64,000 bases of DNA, from positions 8,665 to 72,664 of the forward strand of contig CAZCGA010000013.1 in NCBI GenBank assembly GCA_964498075.1, given 5' to 3'. Position 1 is the first letter of the stretch, and every line of letters starts with the position of its first letter. Shown here in pieces: positions 1 to 9,497 of the stretch. The notes under the pieces were generated by a model that made no database searches, was not told the origin of the DNA, and was given only the letters and a program-made list of their open reading frames with translations. Origin of the DNA: an uncultured Candidatus Binatia bacterium (GTDB lineage: Bacteria > Desulfobacterota > Binatia > HRBIN30). The position numbers and the translations under genes were made by a program.

Positions 1-2
1 CG

Positions 3-908
3 CTGACCCTTCCGTATGGCGACAAAGCGCGGTTTCCCGAAGAGTCGCTCCGCGAGATCGAAGTCGCCTGCTTCACCGGCAACTTCGACGCCGACCCGGC
101 GTTCACGCGTCGTTTTCTGGGGAGCGCGCTGCACGCCCCCAACCTGCGCTGGATGCACCTGCCGAACGCCGGCATGGATCATCCGGTGTTCGGCCGACTC
201 CGTGAACAAGGGGTGCGGCTCACCACCTCGTCCGGCGCTGCCGCCGAGCCGATCGCGCAGACCGCCATCGGCGGGCTGTTGGCCCTGGCGCGCGGGTTGC
301 CGCGCTGGTGGGCGGCGCAGCGTCGCCACGAATGGGCGCCGCACCACGGCGCGCCGCGGCCGCGCGATCTGCGCGGGCAGACGCTGGTGGTCGTCGGCGT
401 CGGCGCGATCGGCAACCACGTCGCCCGCCTCGCCCGGGCGCTGGGCCTCCACGTCATCGGTGTTCGGCGCGGCCCGCGTACGCCGGACGATCACGTCGAC
501 GAGATGCATCCGCCGTCGGCGCTGCCGGACCTGTTGCCGCGCGCCGACTGGCTGGTCGTGGCGTGCCCGCTGACCGAGGCGACGCGTGGAGTGATCGATG
601 CCGCCGCGCTGGGTCGGTTGCCGGCGGGCGCACACGTGATCAACGTGGCGCGCGGGCAGATCATCAACGAGCCAGCGCTGATCGCGGAGTTACGCAGCGG
701 GCGGCTCGCCGGCGCCTACCTCGATGTCTTCGCGGCGGAGCCGCTGCCGGCCGACTCGCCGCTGTGGGATCTCCCCAACGTGATCCTCTCACCGCACGAC
801 TCGGCGGCGTCCGCCGGCAACGCGGCACGCGTCACCGAGATCTTCTTGCGCAACCTCGAACACTGGGGCCGCGGCGAGCCGCTGGAGAACGAGGTGCGGG
901 ACAGGTAG
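3..908 (+). CDS. D-isomer-specific 2-hydroxyacid dehydrogenase family protein (5' end outside window)
   Basis: Frame 3 is open from nt 3 (LTLPYGDKARF...), so the listed 153..908 ORF is only the 3' part. It has the Rossmann NAD motif 'GQTLVVVGVGAIGNHVARLARALG', plus 'INVARG' and the 'LSPHDS' catalytic-His region. Confidence 0.85.
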   Translation: MTLPYGDKARFPEESLREIEVACFTGNFDADPAFTRRFLGSALHAPNLRWMHLPNAGMDHPVFGRLREQGVRLTTSSGAAAEPIAQTAIGGLLALARGLPRWWAAQRRHEWAPHHGAPRPRDLRGQTLVVVGVGAIGNHVARLARALGLHVIGVRRGPRTPDDHVDEMHPPSALPDLLPRADWLVVACPLTEATRGVIDAAALGRLPAGAHVINVARGQIINEPALIAELRSGRLAGAYLDVFAAEPLPADSPLWDLPNVILSPHDSAASAGNAARVTEIFLRNLEHWGRGEPLENEVRDR

Positions 909-912
909 TGCG

Positions 913-1674
913 GTGGACGAGCTCCGGACTGGCCTGCATCTGAGCACCTTTCAGCTCGTCGTCTCCGCAGGGTTCGTGCTGGGCGCGGCCATGGTGCGCG
1001 GTTACAGTGGATTTGGTTTCTCGATGCTCGCCGTGACCGGCCTCTCGTTGTTGCGCCCACCCGCCGAAGTGGTCCCCATGGTTCTGCTGCTGGAGATCGC
1101 AGCCAGCGCACATCTCTTGCCGGGCGTATGGAGAGATGTCGACTGGCCGTCGTTGCAGTGGCTGCTCGCCGGCACGGTGTTGGCGACACCGCTCGGCGTA
1201 TTGGTGCTGGCCAGTGTTCCCGCCGATGTCATGCGGGTCCTCGTGTCGGTCGTGGTCCTGATCGCCGCGGTCCTTCTGTGGCGCGGTTTCACTCTGCATC
1301 GCATTCCCGGCCGCGGGCCCACGTTTGCGACCGGAGTCGTCGCCGGCCTGCTGAACGGCGGTGCCGCCATCGCGGGTCCGCCGGCGATCCTGTTCTACTT
1401 CTCATCTCCCGCCGGCGTCGCCGTCTCGCGCGCCTCGCTGATCACATACTTTCTCGGCACCGACGTCGTCGCCGCCGCCGTCGCCGCCTCGTACGGCTTG
1501 GTGACCGCGCAGGTTCTGCTCCGCACCGCGCTGCTGCTGGTTCCGCTGGCCGCCGGCATTGCGATCGGCAACCGTCGGTTCCTGCAGACCACGCCGGCGT
1601 CGTTCCGCCGTTTCGTGTTGGTGCTCTTGATGCTGCTCGCCCTGGCTGGTCTGATGCGCGCAGTGTCCGGATGA
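913..1674 (+). CDS. TauE/SafE (DUF81) family anion exporter
   Basis: GTG start lies 4 nt after the upstream stop. The protein is polytopic and hydrophobic, with the Gly-rich motifs 'GYSGFGFSM' and 'GLLNGGAAIAGPPAILF' typical of the family. Confidence 0.7.
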   Translation: MDELRTGLHLSTFQLVVSAGFVLGAAMVRGYSGFGFSMLAVTGLSLLRPPAEVVPMVLLLEIAASAHLLPGVWRDVDWPSLQWLLAGTVLATPLGVLVLASVPADVMRVLVSVVVLIAAVLLWRGFTLHRIPGRGPTFATGVVAGLLNGGAAIAGPPAILFYFSSPAGVAVSRASLITYFLGTDVVAAAVAASYGLVTAQVLLRTALLLVPLAAGIAIGNRRFLQTTPASFRRFVLVLLMLLALAGLMRAVSG

Positions 1675-1702
1675 CATTGCCGAGGCGCCGGGAGGTGAAG
1701 AC

Positions 1703-2347
1703 ATGACGTTGCAAGAGATCATCGAGTCCACCCACACGTGCCGTTTCTATCGACCCGATCCTATCCCGGACGACGTGCTCGGGCGCGTGCTCGATGCGGC
1801 GCGCTTCGCGCCGAGCGGCGGTAACCGCCAGCCGGTACGTTTCGTGGTCGTGCGCGATGCGGCGAAACGACGCAAGCTGAAGGAGTGGTATCTGCCCATC
1901 TGGAGCGCCTACGTCGGCCAGTCCAAGCAGAGCGGGACGCCGACGGGAGCGCGCGCCCGCCTGCTCGCGAACGCCGACCACTTCGCGCAGCACCTCGACG
2001 AAGTTCCGGTCATGCTCGTGGTCTGCGCCGTCCTGGCGGACGTCTATCCCACCGACCGCAACCTGGGCCGGCTCACCATCGTCGGCGGCGCCTCCGTGTA
2101 CCCCGCCGTGCAGAACCTGCTGCTCAAGGGGCGCGAGGAAGGTCTAGGAACGGCGCTCACCACGCTGCTGTGCGTGGCCGAGCCGCAGGTGAAGGAGCTG
2201 CTGTGCATTCCGGACGACATCGCCACCGCCGCCATGATCACCATCGGCTACCCGGCGCGCGGGTTTCCGAAACGGCTGCAGCGCCGGCCGCTCGCCGAGA
2301 TCGCCTTCGGCGACGAGTACGGCCGGCCGCTCGTGGCGCGGCGCTGA
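1703..2347 (+). CDS. Nitroreductase family protein
   Basis: 'RFYRPDPIPDDVLGRVLDAARFAPSGGNRQPVRFVVV' is the classic nitroreductase N-terminal FMN-binding signature. Length is 214 aa. Confidence 0.85.
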   Translation: MTLQEIIESTHTCRFYRPDPIPDDVLGRVLDAARFAPSGGNRQPVRFVVVRDAAKRRKLKEWYLPIWSAYVGQSKQSGTPTGARARLLANADHFAQHLDEVPVMLVVCAVLADVYPTDRNLGRLTIVGGASVYPAVQNLLLKGREEGLGTALTTLLCVAEPQVKELLCIPDDIATAAMITIGYPARGFPKRLQRRPLAEIAFGDEYGRPLVARR

Positions 2348-2357
2348 GTGTTGGGGT

Positions 2358-3194
2358 TTGGTGGCGAAGGTGAATCACGCGTGGTTGACGCCGCTTTCGT
2401 GGAACGTGCACGGCCTGCCGTTTCGCGCTACGCGTGAGCGCCTGCGCCGCGTCGCGGCTTGCATCGGCGGGCACCGGCCCGATCTCGTCCTCCTGCAGGA
2501 GGTCTGGTCGCGCGCCTACGCGCACATCCTCACCAGCGCCCTGGAACCGGACTATCACGCGGCGTTCGCGCCACGGCGCTTCGCCAGCGCGCCTCGCGGC
2601 GGGCTGGTCACCCTGGTCCGCCGCGAGAGCGGGTGGCACGCCGGCCCGGTGTGGTTTGAGCACTATCGAACGTCGGCGCCGTGGTTCCGCTTGCATGAGG
2701 GAGACGGCATCTCCGGAAAGGGAATCCTGGCCGTCGAGCTGCGCCGTTCGACGGAGCGTCTGGTCGCCGTCAACACGCACCTGCAGGCGCAGTACGGCGA
2801 CCGCCGTTACACCGACATCCGCCGCGCGCAGCTCGCGCAGCTGGCGGCGTTTCTGGAGCGTGCCGGCGCAGGATCGTCGCTCCTGCTCGCCGGCGACCTC
2901 AACACCGAAGCCGGCGAGGAGTTGTACCACAGCCACGTCGCGCCGCTCGGAGAAGACCTGACTGCCGAGGAACGGCGCCTGCACGGCGGAGGGACCTGCT
3001 TCGACCGCCGCGGGGCGAAGACGGAGTGGCTCGACTATGCAATTCTGCGCGGACCGCGCGCGTCGGCGTCACTGACCCGCGTCGAGAGCGACGCCCCGGA
3101 TCACCCCTACTCCGACCATGACGGTCTGATCGTGCGAATCGTCTCTTCGGTGTCGGGGACGGCACCAGCGGGCCTTCTGCCCGTGCGCGGTTGA
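2358..3194 (+). CDS. Endonuclease/exonuclease/phosphatase (EEP) family protein
   Basis: EEP motifs 'WNVHG', 'DLVLLQEVW', 'LLAGDLN' and 'SDHDGLIV' are present. Confidence 0.8.
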   Translation: MVAKVNHAWLTPLSWNVHGLPFRATRERLRRVAACIGGHRPDLVLLQEVWSRAYAHILTSALEPDYHAAFAPRRFASAPRGGLVTLVRRESGWHAGPVWFEHYRTSAPWFRLHEGDGISGKGILAVELRRSTERLVAVNTHLQAQYGDRRYTDIRRAQLAQLAAFLERAGAGSSLLLAGDLNTEAGEELYHSHVAPLGEDLTAEERRLHGGGTCFDRRGAKTEWLDYAILRGPRASASLTRVESDAPDHPYSDHDGLIVRIVSSVSGTAPAGLLPVRG

Positions 3195-3213
3195 TGCTAG
3201 CATCGTCCACCAG

Positions 3214-4302
3214 TTGGCTGGAGAGGGAATGGCTGCCGTCACCCCGATCGAGTATCCGTACGATGTCCGCACTCTGAACGGAGATGCGGACGGCGTACCG
3301 CTGGTCATCCATGCGCGCAACGACCGCGATCCGGTCCGCCTGGGCGCCTGGATTGCGGCGCACCACAGCTGGATCGAGGAGCGTTTGATGGTACACGGGG
3401 CGATCTTGTTCCGTGGCTTCGACGTTGGCGACGCGCCGGCGTTCGAGCGCGTGGCGCGGTCGATCGACGACGAGCTGAAGAACGAATACCTCGGCACCTC
3501 GCCGCGTAACGGCCTGACGGACTACGTCTTCACCGCCAGCGAGCTGCCGCCGTTCTATCCCATCCCGCAACACTGCGAGATGAGCTTCATCGCGCAGCCG
3601 CCGCGCCGGCTCTTCTTCTGCTGCCTGCAGCCGCCGGCGGAGGGTTCGGGCGAAACGCCGCTCGCCGACTTCCGCAAGGTGTTGCGCGACCTCGACCCCG
3701 CCGTGCGCCGGCGCTTCGAAGAGCGCGGTTTGCGCATCGTGCGCAACTACAGCGGCCCCGACGGCGGCAGCCGTTTCGACCTGTGGAAGCTGAAGCGCTG
3801 GGACGAGATGTTCCTGACCAGCGACCGTGCCGTCGTCGAAGCGAAGTGTCGTGCCGAAGGCTTCGAGCCGTCGTGGACGGCCGATGGCGGGCTGCGTCTG
3901 GTGAGCACGCAGGCGGTGACGCGGGCGCACCCGGTGACCGGTGCGCCGCTGTGGCACAACCACGTGACCACCTTCCATCTCTCCGCGGCCCCCGAGGAGT
4001 ACCGGCGGATCTACGCGCTACGGCCGACGCTGCGTCACTGGTTCTTCTGGCAGCTCGGGCGCGTCTTGACCGCAGTGCAGCGCCGCATGAAGGCGCGGGA
4101 CGAGCTGGCGATGCACTGCACGTATCGCGACGGCAGCGAGATTCCCGCGGCCGACATGGAGGCGGTGCGCGACGTCATCTGGAAGCACATGGTGATCTTC
4201 CCGTGGCGCCGGGGTGACGTGGTTGCCATCGACAACTACGCTGTGTCGCACGGCCGGCTGCCGTACCAGGGTCCCCGCGGCGTCGCGGTCTGCTGGGCGT
4301 GA
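3214..4302 (+). CDS. TauD/TfdA-like Fe(II)/2-oxoglutarate-dependent oxygenase
   Basis: 'AILFRGF', the HxE facial-triad segment 'IPQHCEMSF', and the C-terminal 'IDNYAVSHGR' distal His/Arg are present. Confidence 0.75.
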   Translation: MAGEGMAAVTPIEYPYDVRTLNGDADGVPLVIHARNDRDPVRLGAWIAAHHSWIEERLMVHGAILFRGFDVGDAPAFERVARSIDDELKNEYLGTSPRNGLTDYVFTASELPPFYPIPQHCEMSFIAQPPRRLFFCCLQPPAEGSGETPLADFRKVLRDLDPAVRRRFEERGLRIVRNYSGPDGGSRFDLWKLKRWDEMFLTSDRAVVEAKCRAEGFEPSWTADGGLRLVSTQAVTRAHPVTGAPLWHNHVTTFHLSAAPEEYRRIYALRPTLRHWFFWQLGRVLTAVQRRMKARDELAMHCTYRDGSEIPAADMEAVRDVIWKHMVIFPWRRGDVVAIDNYAVSHGRLPYQGPRGVAVCWA

Positions 4303-4415
4303 TGCCGCGCCGACGCGAGGCAGCGGGGGAGCCGTAACGGTACTGGCTCCCCTGCGCCGGCGATGCTACAAACGGCGCACTTCCGCTGCGGAGCGATGGG
4401 AGGAGCAAGCGGCGC

Positions 4416-6077
4416 ATGGCAGACGCGATCGGCCCGATGGACCTCGCCGGCGTGCACCAGTTGGTGACGAGCACAGACACCGTCGTGCGGGAGGCGCTCG
4501 ATGTGGCGCGCCAACGCACCCACGGCGGCAAAGGCATCGACGATGCGCAGGTACATTGCGAGCGACTCGCGTATGCCGCAACCGAGGTGTGCGCGGCGAA
4601 GGAGCTGCTGGCGTACGCACAGGCCGCCGCGCAGCACGGGCACGGCGATCCGGTGGTGGACGAGATGGCCGGCGCCTTCGCGGCCGAGGTAGCGCACCGA
4701 TTGGCGGGCAACGTCGATGCGCATGCCGACGCGTTCGGCCTGAGCGATGATCTGCTGAACAAGACGCTCGGCGCCAGCGCCACAAAGGCGCAGATCCGCA
4801 ACGGTCTCAGCGACGCGCGCCTATGCGCCATTGGCCGTCACGTCATCCAACATCGCGGTGCGAATCACTCGTGGATCGAGAGCGACATCGCCTTGATGAC
4901 ACGCGATTCGGTGCGCCAGTTCGCCGAGACCGAGGTCGCGCCGATCGCCGAGCACATTCACCGTCACGACGATCTCGTCCCCGAGTCGATCATTGCGAAG
5001 ATGAGCGAGCTGGGCTTCTTCGGCATGTCCGTTTCCGAGGAGTTCGGTGGCGGCGGCATGGGCAACCTGCCGATGATCATTACCACCGAAGAGCTGTCGC
5101 GCTGCTCGCTGGCGGCGGCGGGCAGTCTCATCACGCGACCCGAGATCCTCACCAAGGCGCTGCTCAAGGGCGGCACCGACGCACAAAAGAAGAAGTGGCT
5201 GCCGCCGATCGCAGCGGGAAAGATCATGGTCGGCATCGCGGTGACCGAACCGGACACCGGCTCTGATGTCGCCTCGGTGAAATGCCGCGCCGATGCCGCC
5301 GAGATCGGGGGTAAGCAGGGCTATCTCATCAACGGCGCCAAGGCGTGGTGCACGTTTGCGGGCCGCGCCAACGTGCTGGCCCTGCTGGCGCGCACTGATC
5401 CCGACGTCAAGAAGGGCGCGCGTGGCCTGTCGCTGTTCATCGTGGACAAGGACGCCTTCACCGGCCACACGTTCGAGATGAAGCAGCCGACCGGCGGCAT
5501 AGTCACCGGCAAGGCCGACGCGACGCCGGGCTATCGCGGCATGCACTCCTACACCCTCAGCTTCGACAACTACTTCGTCCCGGCCGCGAACCTTGTCGGC
5601 GAGCAGGGCGGCCTGAACAAGGGCTTCTATCTGCAGATGAACGGTTTCGCGGCGGGTCGCCTGCAGACGGGCGGGCGCGCCTCGGGCCTGGCCCAGGCGG
5701 CGCTCGAATGCACCGCGGAGTACGCCAACGACCGCAAACAGTTCGGCGAACCGATCGGCAACTTCCAACTCACGCAGCACAAGCTTGGACGCATGGCGAC
5801 GCACATCATGGCGGCACGGCAGCTCACGTACAGCGCAGCGTTGGCGATGGACCAGGACGAGTCGATCGCCATCGAGCCGGCAATGGCTAAGCTCTTCACC
5901 TCCGATGTCGCGGTGTGGACAACGCAGGAGGGACAACTGCTACACGGCGGCTGGGGCTACGCGGAAGAGTTCGCCATCTCGCGCTACGTCGTCGACGCGC
6001 AGGTGCTGCCCATCTTCGAAGGCGTCAAGCCGATCCTCGAGCTCAAGGTGATCGCCCGCAACCTGCTGGCCGCGTGA
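4416..6077 (+). CDS. Acyl-CoA dehydrogenase with ~150-aa N-terminal helical extension
   Basis: 'GIAVTEPDTGSDVAS', 'NGAKAWCTFA' and 'QLLHGGWGYAEEFAISRY' are present. The canonical ACAD core starts near 'MTRDSVRQFAETEVAP'. Confidence 0.9.
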   Translation: MADAIGPMDLAGVHQLVTSTDTVVREALDVARQRTHGGKGIDDAQVHCERLAYAATEVCAAKELLAYAQAAAQHGHGDPVVDEMAGAFAAEVAHRLAGNVDAHADAFGLSDDLLNKTLGASATKAQIRNGLSDARLCAIGRHVIQHRGANHSWIESDIALMTRDSVRQFAETEVAPIAEHIHRHDDLVPESIIAKMSELGFFGMSVSEEFGGGGMGNLPMIITTEELSRCSLAAAGSLITRPEILTKALLKGGTDAQKKKWLPPIAAGKIMVGIAVTEPDTGSDVASVKCRADAAEIGGKQGYLINGAKAWCTFAGRANVLALLARTDPDVKKGARGLSLFIVDKDAFTGHTFEMKQPTGGIVTGKADATPGYRGMHSYTLSFDNYFVPAANLVGEQGGLNKGFYLQMNGFAAGRLQTGGRASGLAQAALECTAEYANDRKQFGEPIGNFQLTQHKLGRMATHIMAARQLTYSAALAMDQDESIAIEPAMAKLFTSDVAVWTTQEGQLLHGGWGYAEEFAISRYVVDAQVLPIFEGVKPILELKVIARNLLAA

Positions 6078-6189
6078 TGCCGCCGGGCGCCCGGGAAATC
6101 GCCTTGAACCCTTGACTGCGCATGGTGCCGTGAGCCATATGGCAAGCGGTGATACGTGTGACAACCGACTACTGAGAGGGGAGGGGCTC

Positions 6190-7224
6190 ATGCGAAAGTT
6201 CGAAGACACACGCGTCGTTCCAGTGCACCGCTTCACACGCCGGCTACAGTGGTTCGCTGCCGCGGTCGTGTTGCTGCCGCTCGTCCTGAGCTCCAGCGCG
6301 CACGCCGGGGAACCGTTCGTGGGAGTTGACATCGGCGCATCCAAGCCGACGAACAACTTCTATCGCCGGCACGTGTCGAACGGCGCCACCGCCAATCCGT
6401 TCGCCGGCTACATGCTCAACAAATACCTCGGCGCTGAAGGGCAGCTCCATTTCACCTTCCAGGAGCCGAAGGAGGACTTCGACTACTCACGGTCGACCCA
6501 GACCACGTCGCTGTTCGGCTTCACGGTCGGCCCCCGGATCGCGCTGCCGCTCGACCAGAACTTCGAGTTCTATGGCACCGGCCAGGGCGGATTCTTCACG
6601 GGCATGAGTGGGGCGCTGACCCACACGTCGGGTGGTCTGTCTGCAGGAGGCGGCTTGGACTACAACCTGAGTCTGAACTGGAAGCTCGGCCTGTACGGAC
6701 GCTGGAACCACGCCTTCCAGTCGCCGCGTCCCACTACCCTGATGGTCCCGCCTGATCAGCAGGGTCCCACTGACGCGGAATGGGTGACCGGCGGCATCAG
6801 CGTCCGGTATCAGTTTGCGCAGCCGCCACCCGCCCTGCCACCGCCGCCGAAGGTTGCGGAAGCACCGCCGCCGCCACCTCCCGTCAAGAAGAAGATCGTG
6901 CTGCGTGCGGTGCACTTCGATACCGATAAGTCAGACATCCGCCAGGATGCCGTGCCCATTCTCGATGAGGCGGCGCAGATCCTGAAGGATGAGGGCACCG
7001 TGGCCGTCATCGTGGCGGGGCACACCGACAGTCGGGCGAGCGACGAGTACAACCAGAAGCTCTCCGAGCGGCGCGCCGACGCAGTGAAGAAATACCTGGT
7101 TGACCACGGCATCGCCGCCAGCCGCATCAAGTCCATCGGCTATGGCGAGACCAAACCGGTCGCCACGAACGACACTGCCGATGGACGCCAGCAGAACCGA
7201 CGAGTCGAGCTGGATGTTGAGTAG
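6190..7224 (+). CDS. OmpA family outer-membrane protein
   Basis: I chose the internal ATG at 6190 because it follows a 'gaggggagggg' RBS and gives the signal peptide '...VVLLPLVLSSSAHAGEP'. The protein has a beta-barrel-like N-terminal half, the Pro-rich linker 'PPPALPPPPKVAEAPPPPPP', and the OmpA_C motifs 'HTDSRASDEYNQKLSERRA' and 'NRRVEL'. Confidence 0.85.
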   Translation: MRKFEDTRVVPVHRFTRRLQWFAAAVVLLPLVLSSSAHAGEPFVGVDIGASKPTNNFYRRHVSNGATANPFAGYMLNKYLGAEGQLHFTFQEPKEDFDYSRSTQTTSLFGFTVGPRIALPLDQNFEFYGTGQGGFFTGMSGALTHTSGGLSAGGGLDYNLSLNWKLGLYGRWNHAFQSPRPTTLMVPPDQQGPTDAEWVTGGISVRYQFAQPPPALPPPPKVAEAPPPPPPVKKKIVLRAVHFDTDKSDIRQDAVPILDEAAQILKDEGTVAVIVAGHTDSRASDEYNQKLSERRADAVKKYLVDHGIAASRIKSIGYGETKPVATNDTADGRQQNRRVELDVE

Positions 7225-7237
7225 CCCGCGGCGCTTC

Positions 7238-8002
7238 TCAGCGGCGCAGCCCTAGCTTCTCTCGCTGCTTGCGCCGCGCGACACGGCTCTCCGGCGCGCT
7301 CCACACCGCTGTGGTGCGCGCCGCTTCGTCAGGGGTCTCGGCCTGCAGGCGCGCGATTGCCTCGGCAACGAGCGCTGCCTTGGCGTGCGCATAGGCGTCG
7401 CGGGGAAAGGCGCCCAAGCGTGCGGCACGCCGCAGCACGGTCGGCGCGAAGCTCTCGACGGGAAACAGCTCGTCGATGACTCCAAGGCGCAGCGCTTGGC
7501 TTGCCGGGTACAACGCGGCCCCCAGGATCAGCTCGCTGGCGCGCGCCTGCGCCAGGCGGAGCCGCACGATCTCGAACGCCGCCCGCGGGAATGCCGCACC
7601 GACGGCAACTTCGTTCAGACCGATCCGGTAGTCGCCCTCGACCCCGAGACGGTAATCGCACGCCAGGACGAGCACCAGCCCACCCGCAACGGCGTGGCCG
7701 TTCATCATCGCCACCGTGGGCTTTGGAAATGCCAGCAGCTGCAGATGGGCGTCGCGATAGAGCCAATACAGGCGTTGCTCCTGCCCTGCATCACGCCGCG
7801 GTGCCACGAAGTCGAACCCGCCGCTGAAGAACGCTCCCGCACCGGTCAGCACGACGGCGCGGACGCCGTCGTCGGCGCGGGCGTCGGCCAACGCCGCCGC
7901 CAGATCGGTGAGCAAGGTCTCGTCAATCGCGTTGGCAGGAGGACGGTCCAAGATGAGGACGCGCACGCCGCCCTCGCGATTCTCCACTCGTACGGCGCTC
8001 AT
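7238..8002 (-). CDS. Enoyl-CoA hydratase/isomerase (crotonase) family protein
   Basis: 'VVLTGAGAFFSGGFDF' and 'AMMNGHAVAGGLVLVLACDYR' are the crotonase oxyanion-hole motifs. Confidence 0.85.
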   Translation of the reverse strand: MSAVRVENREGGVRVLILDRPPANAIDETLLTDLAAALADARADDGVRAVVLTGAGAFFSGGFDFVAPRRDAGQEQRLYWLYRDAHLQLLAFPKPTVAMMNGHAVAGGLVLVLACDYRLGVEGDYRIGLNEVAVGAAFPRAAFEIVRLRLAQARASELILGAALYPASQALRLGVIDELFPVESFAPTVLRRAARLGAFPRDAYAHAKAALVAEAIARLQAETPDEAARTTAVWSAPESRVARRKQREKLGLRR

Positions 8003-8033
8003 GACGCGGCCTATACGTGCACCTCCGCGCGCA

Positions 8034-8480
8034 TCAGCGTTGTGGTTTCAGTTTTCCGGCGTGCTCGCCCAGGTACGTCTGCGCGCGCTGCGACTCCGCG
8101 GAAGGCCAGCGATCCTCGAGACGTCGAATGTGGTCTCCTTCGAAGACGGCCGTCTCCTCACCTTCGATGCGCAACGCCGGCGCGCCCGCTAGCGTGTAGA
8201 CCGCGGCCCAACGGAACCAGACGGTACCGTCGCGCTCCGTCGGACCTTCGAGCATCTCGACGCTGCGCGAGTCGAAGCGGCGGTCGAACGTGTCCAGCAC
8301 CTGCTTGAAGGACGCCATCAGCGCCTCACGTCCCTCAATCCGACCGCCGAACGGCAGGTCAGCGAACGTTTCGTACACTGCGTCCTCGGTGAAGAACGAG
8401 GCGACCTTCGACCAGTCGTCGGTTGCGTAGGCATCCTCGAAGGCTGCCGCGTAGCTCATGAACCGCTGCATGTTGCTCAT
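8034..8480 (-). CDS. NTF2/SnoaL-like small protein
   Basis: Length is 148 aa. 'AAFEDAYATDDWSKVASFFTEDAVYE' is typical of SnoaL-like folds. Confidence 0.55.
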   Translation of the reverse strand: MSNMQRFMSYAAAFEDAYATDDWSKVASFFTEDAVYETFADLPFGGRIEGREALMASFKQVLDTFDRRFDSRSVEMLEGPTERDGTVWFRWAAVYTLAGAPALRIEGEETAVFEGDHIRRLEDRWPSAESQRAQTYLGEHAGKLKPQR

Positions 8481-8668
8481 GTCTCGTTTTCCCTCCTCGG
8501 CGGTGCCATCTTATGTCAGCACGCGAGACGTGACTAGGCCTGCGGCCGGCGTCATTTCTATGGCCCGCTCCCCGTTGGGTCGCTGCAGACTGCCAAGTCC
8601 GACAGGCTGCTAGGCTACTCGATCGTTGGAACGCCGAGCCCGGCGGTCTTCGCAAAGGCCGCCGGTCT

Positions 8669-9301
8669 GTGCTTTGGTGTGTGGCCATGGGTACAGCGAC
8701 CGAGGTGAGAACAAGTCGCCGGATTGGCGGCCGTCTCGCCGGATGGCCGCTCGTCGGTTGGTCCGCGTTGGTCGTTGCGGCGCTGGTCGTTGCGATCCTC
8801 GCATCGCGCGGGGCGGCTGAGGCCGGCGTGCGAGCGATCATTCGGGGAACCGCCCTGACCTCGCTCATCCTGTTCAGCAGCGCCTTCGTGGCGGCGTCCC
8901 TCAACCGGACGTGGCCGAGTCCGCTGAGCCGATGGATGCTGGTGAACCGGCGTTATCTCGGCGTCTCGTTCGCCGTATCGCACTTCGTCCACCTCGTCGC
9001 CATCATCAGACTGACGACGACGTTGCCCGACTTCGAGCCCAATCCCGCCACGGTCGTCGGCGGCGGGCTGGCGTACGTCTTCATCGCGGCGATGACCGCC
9101 ACCTCCTTCGATCGCAGCGCCGCATGGATCGGCCGGCGCGCCTGGCGGGTGCTGCACACCACGGGGGTGTACTACATCTGGCTGATCTTCTTCATCACCT
9201 ACCTGCCGCGGGCGCTTCAATCGCCTGCGTATGTACCGTATCCGGCCGTACTCCTCGCGGCGCTGGCGCTGCGTACCTTTGGACGCGTGCGGCGCCCGTA
9301 G
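8669..9301 (+). CDS. Ferric-reductase-like (MsrQ-like) transmembrane protein
   Basis: About 6 TM helices. His-containing helices 'YLGVSFAVSHFVHLVAI' and 'TSFDRSAAWIGRRAWRVLHTTGVYY' resemble FRD/MsrQ haem-binding helices. Confidence 0.45.
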   Translation: MLWCVAMGTATEVRTSRRIGGRLAGWPLVGWSALVVAALVVAILASRGAAEAGVRAIIRGTALTSLILFSSAFVAASLNRTWPSPLSRWMLVNRRYLGVSFAVSHFVHLVAIIRLTTTLPDFEPNPATVVGGGLAYVFIAAMTATSFDRSAAWIGRRAWRVLHTTGVYYIWLIFFITYLPRALQSPAYVPYPAVLLAALALRTFGRVRRP

Positions 9302-9497
9302 GCAACGCGTACGACGCGATCCAACTCGCCGCATCAGCCGTGGCTGGGGGGGGCGCCGTGGAGGTCGCAATCATCGAGACCTTCTTCGGCGGGCAATGAG
9401 ATCACGGCCCTGGGTCTTGACCCTGAGTCTGCCGGACTGCCAGACTCGCTGAAACAGTCCTGAACCCGAGTTCCGAGCCCAAGAGGGAGGTTCAAGT

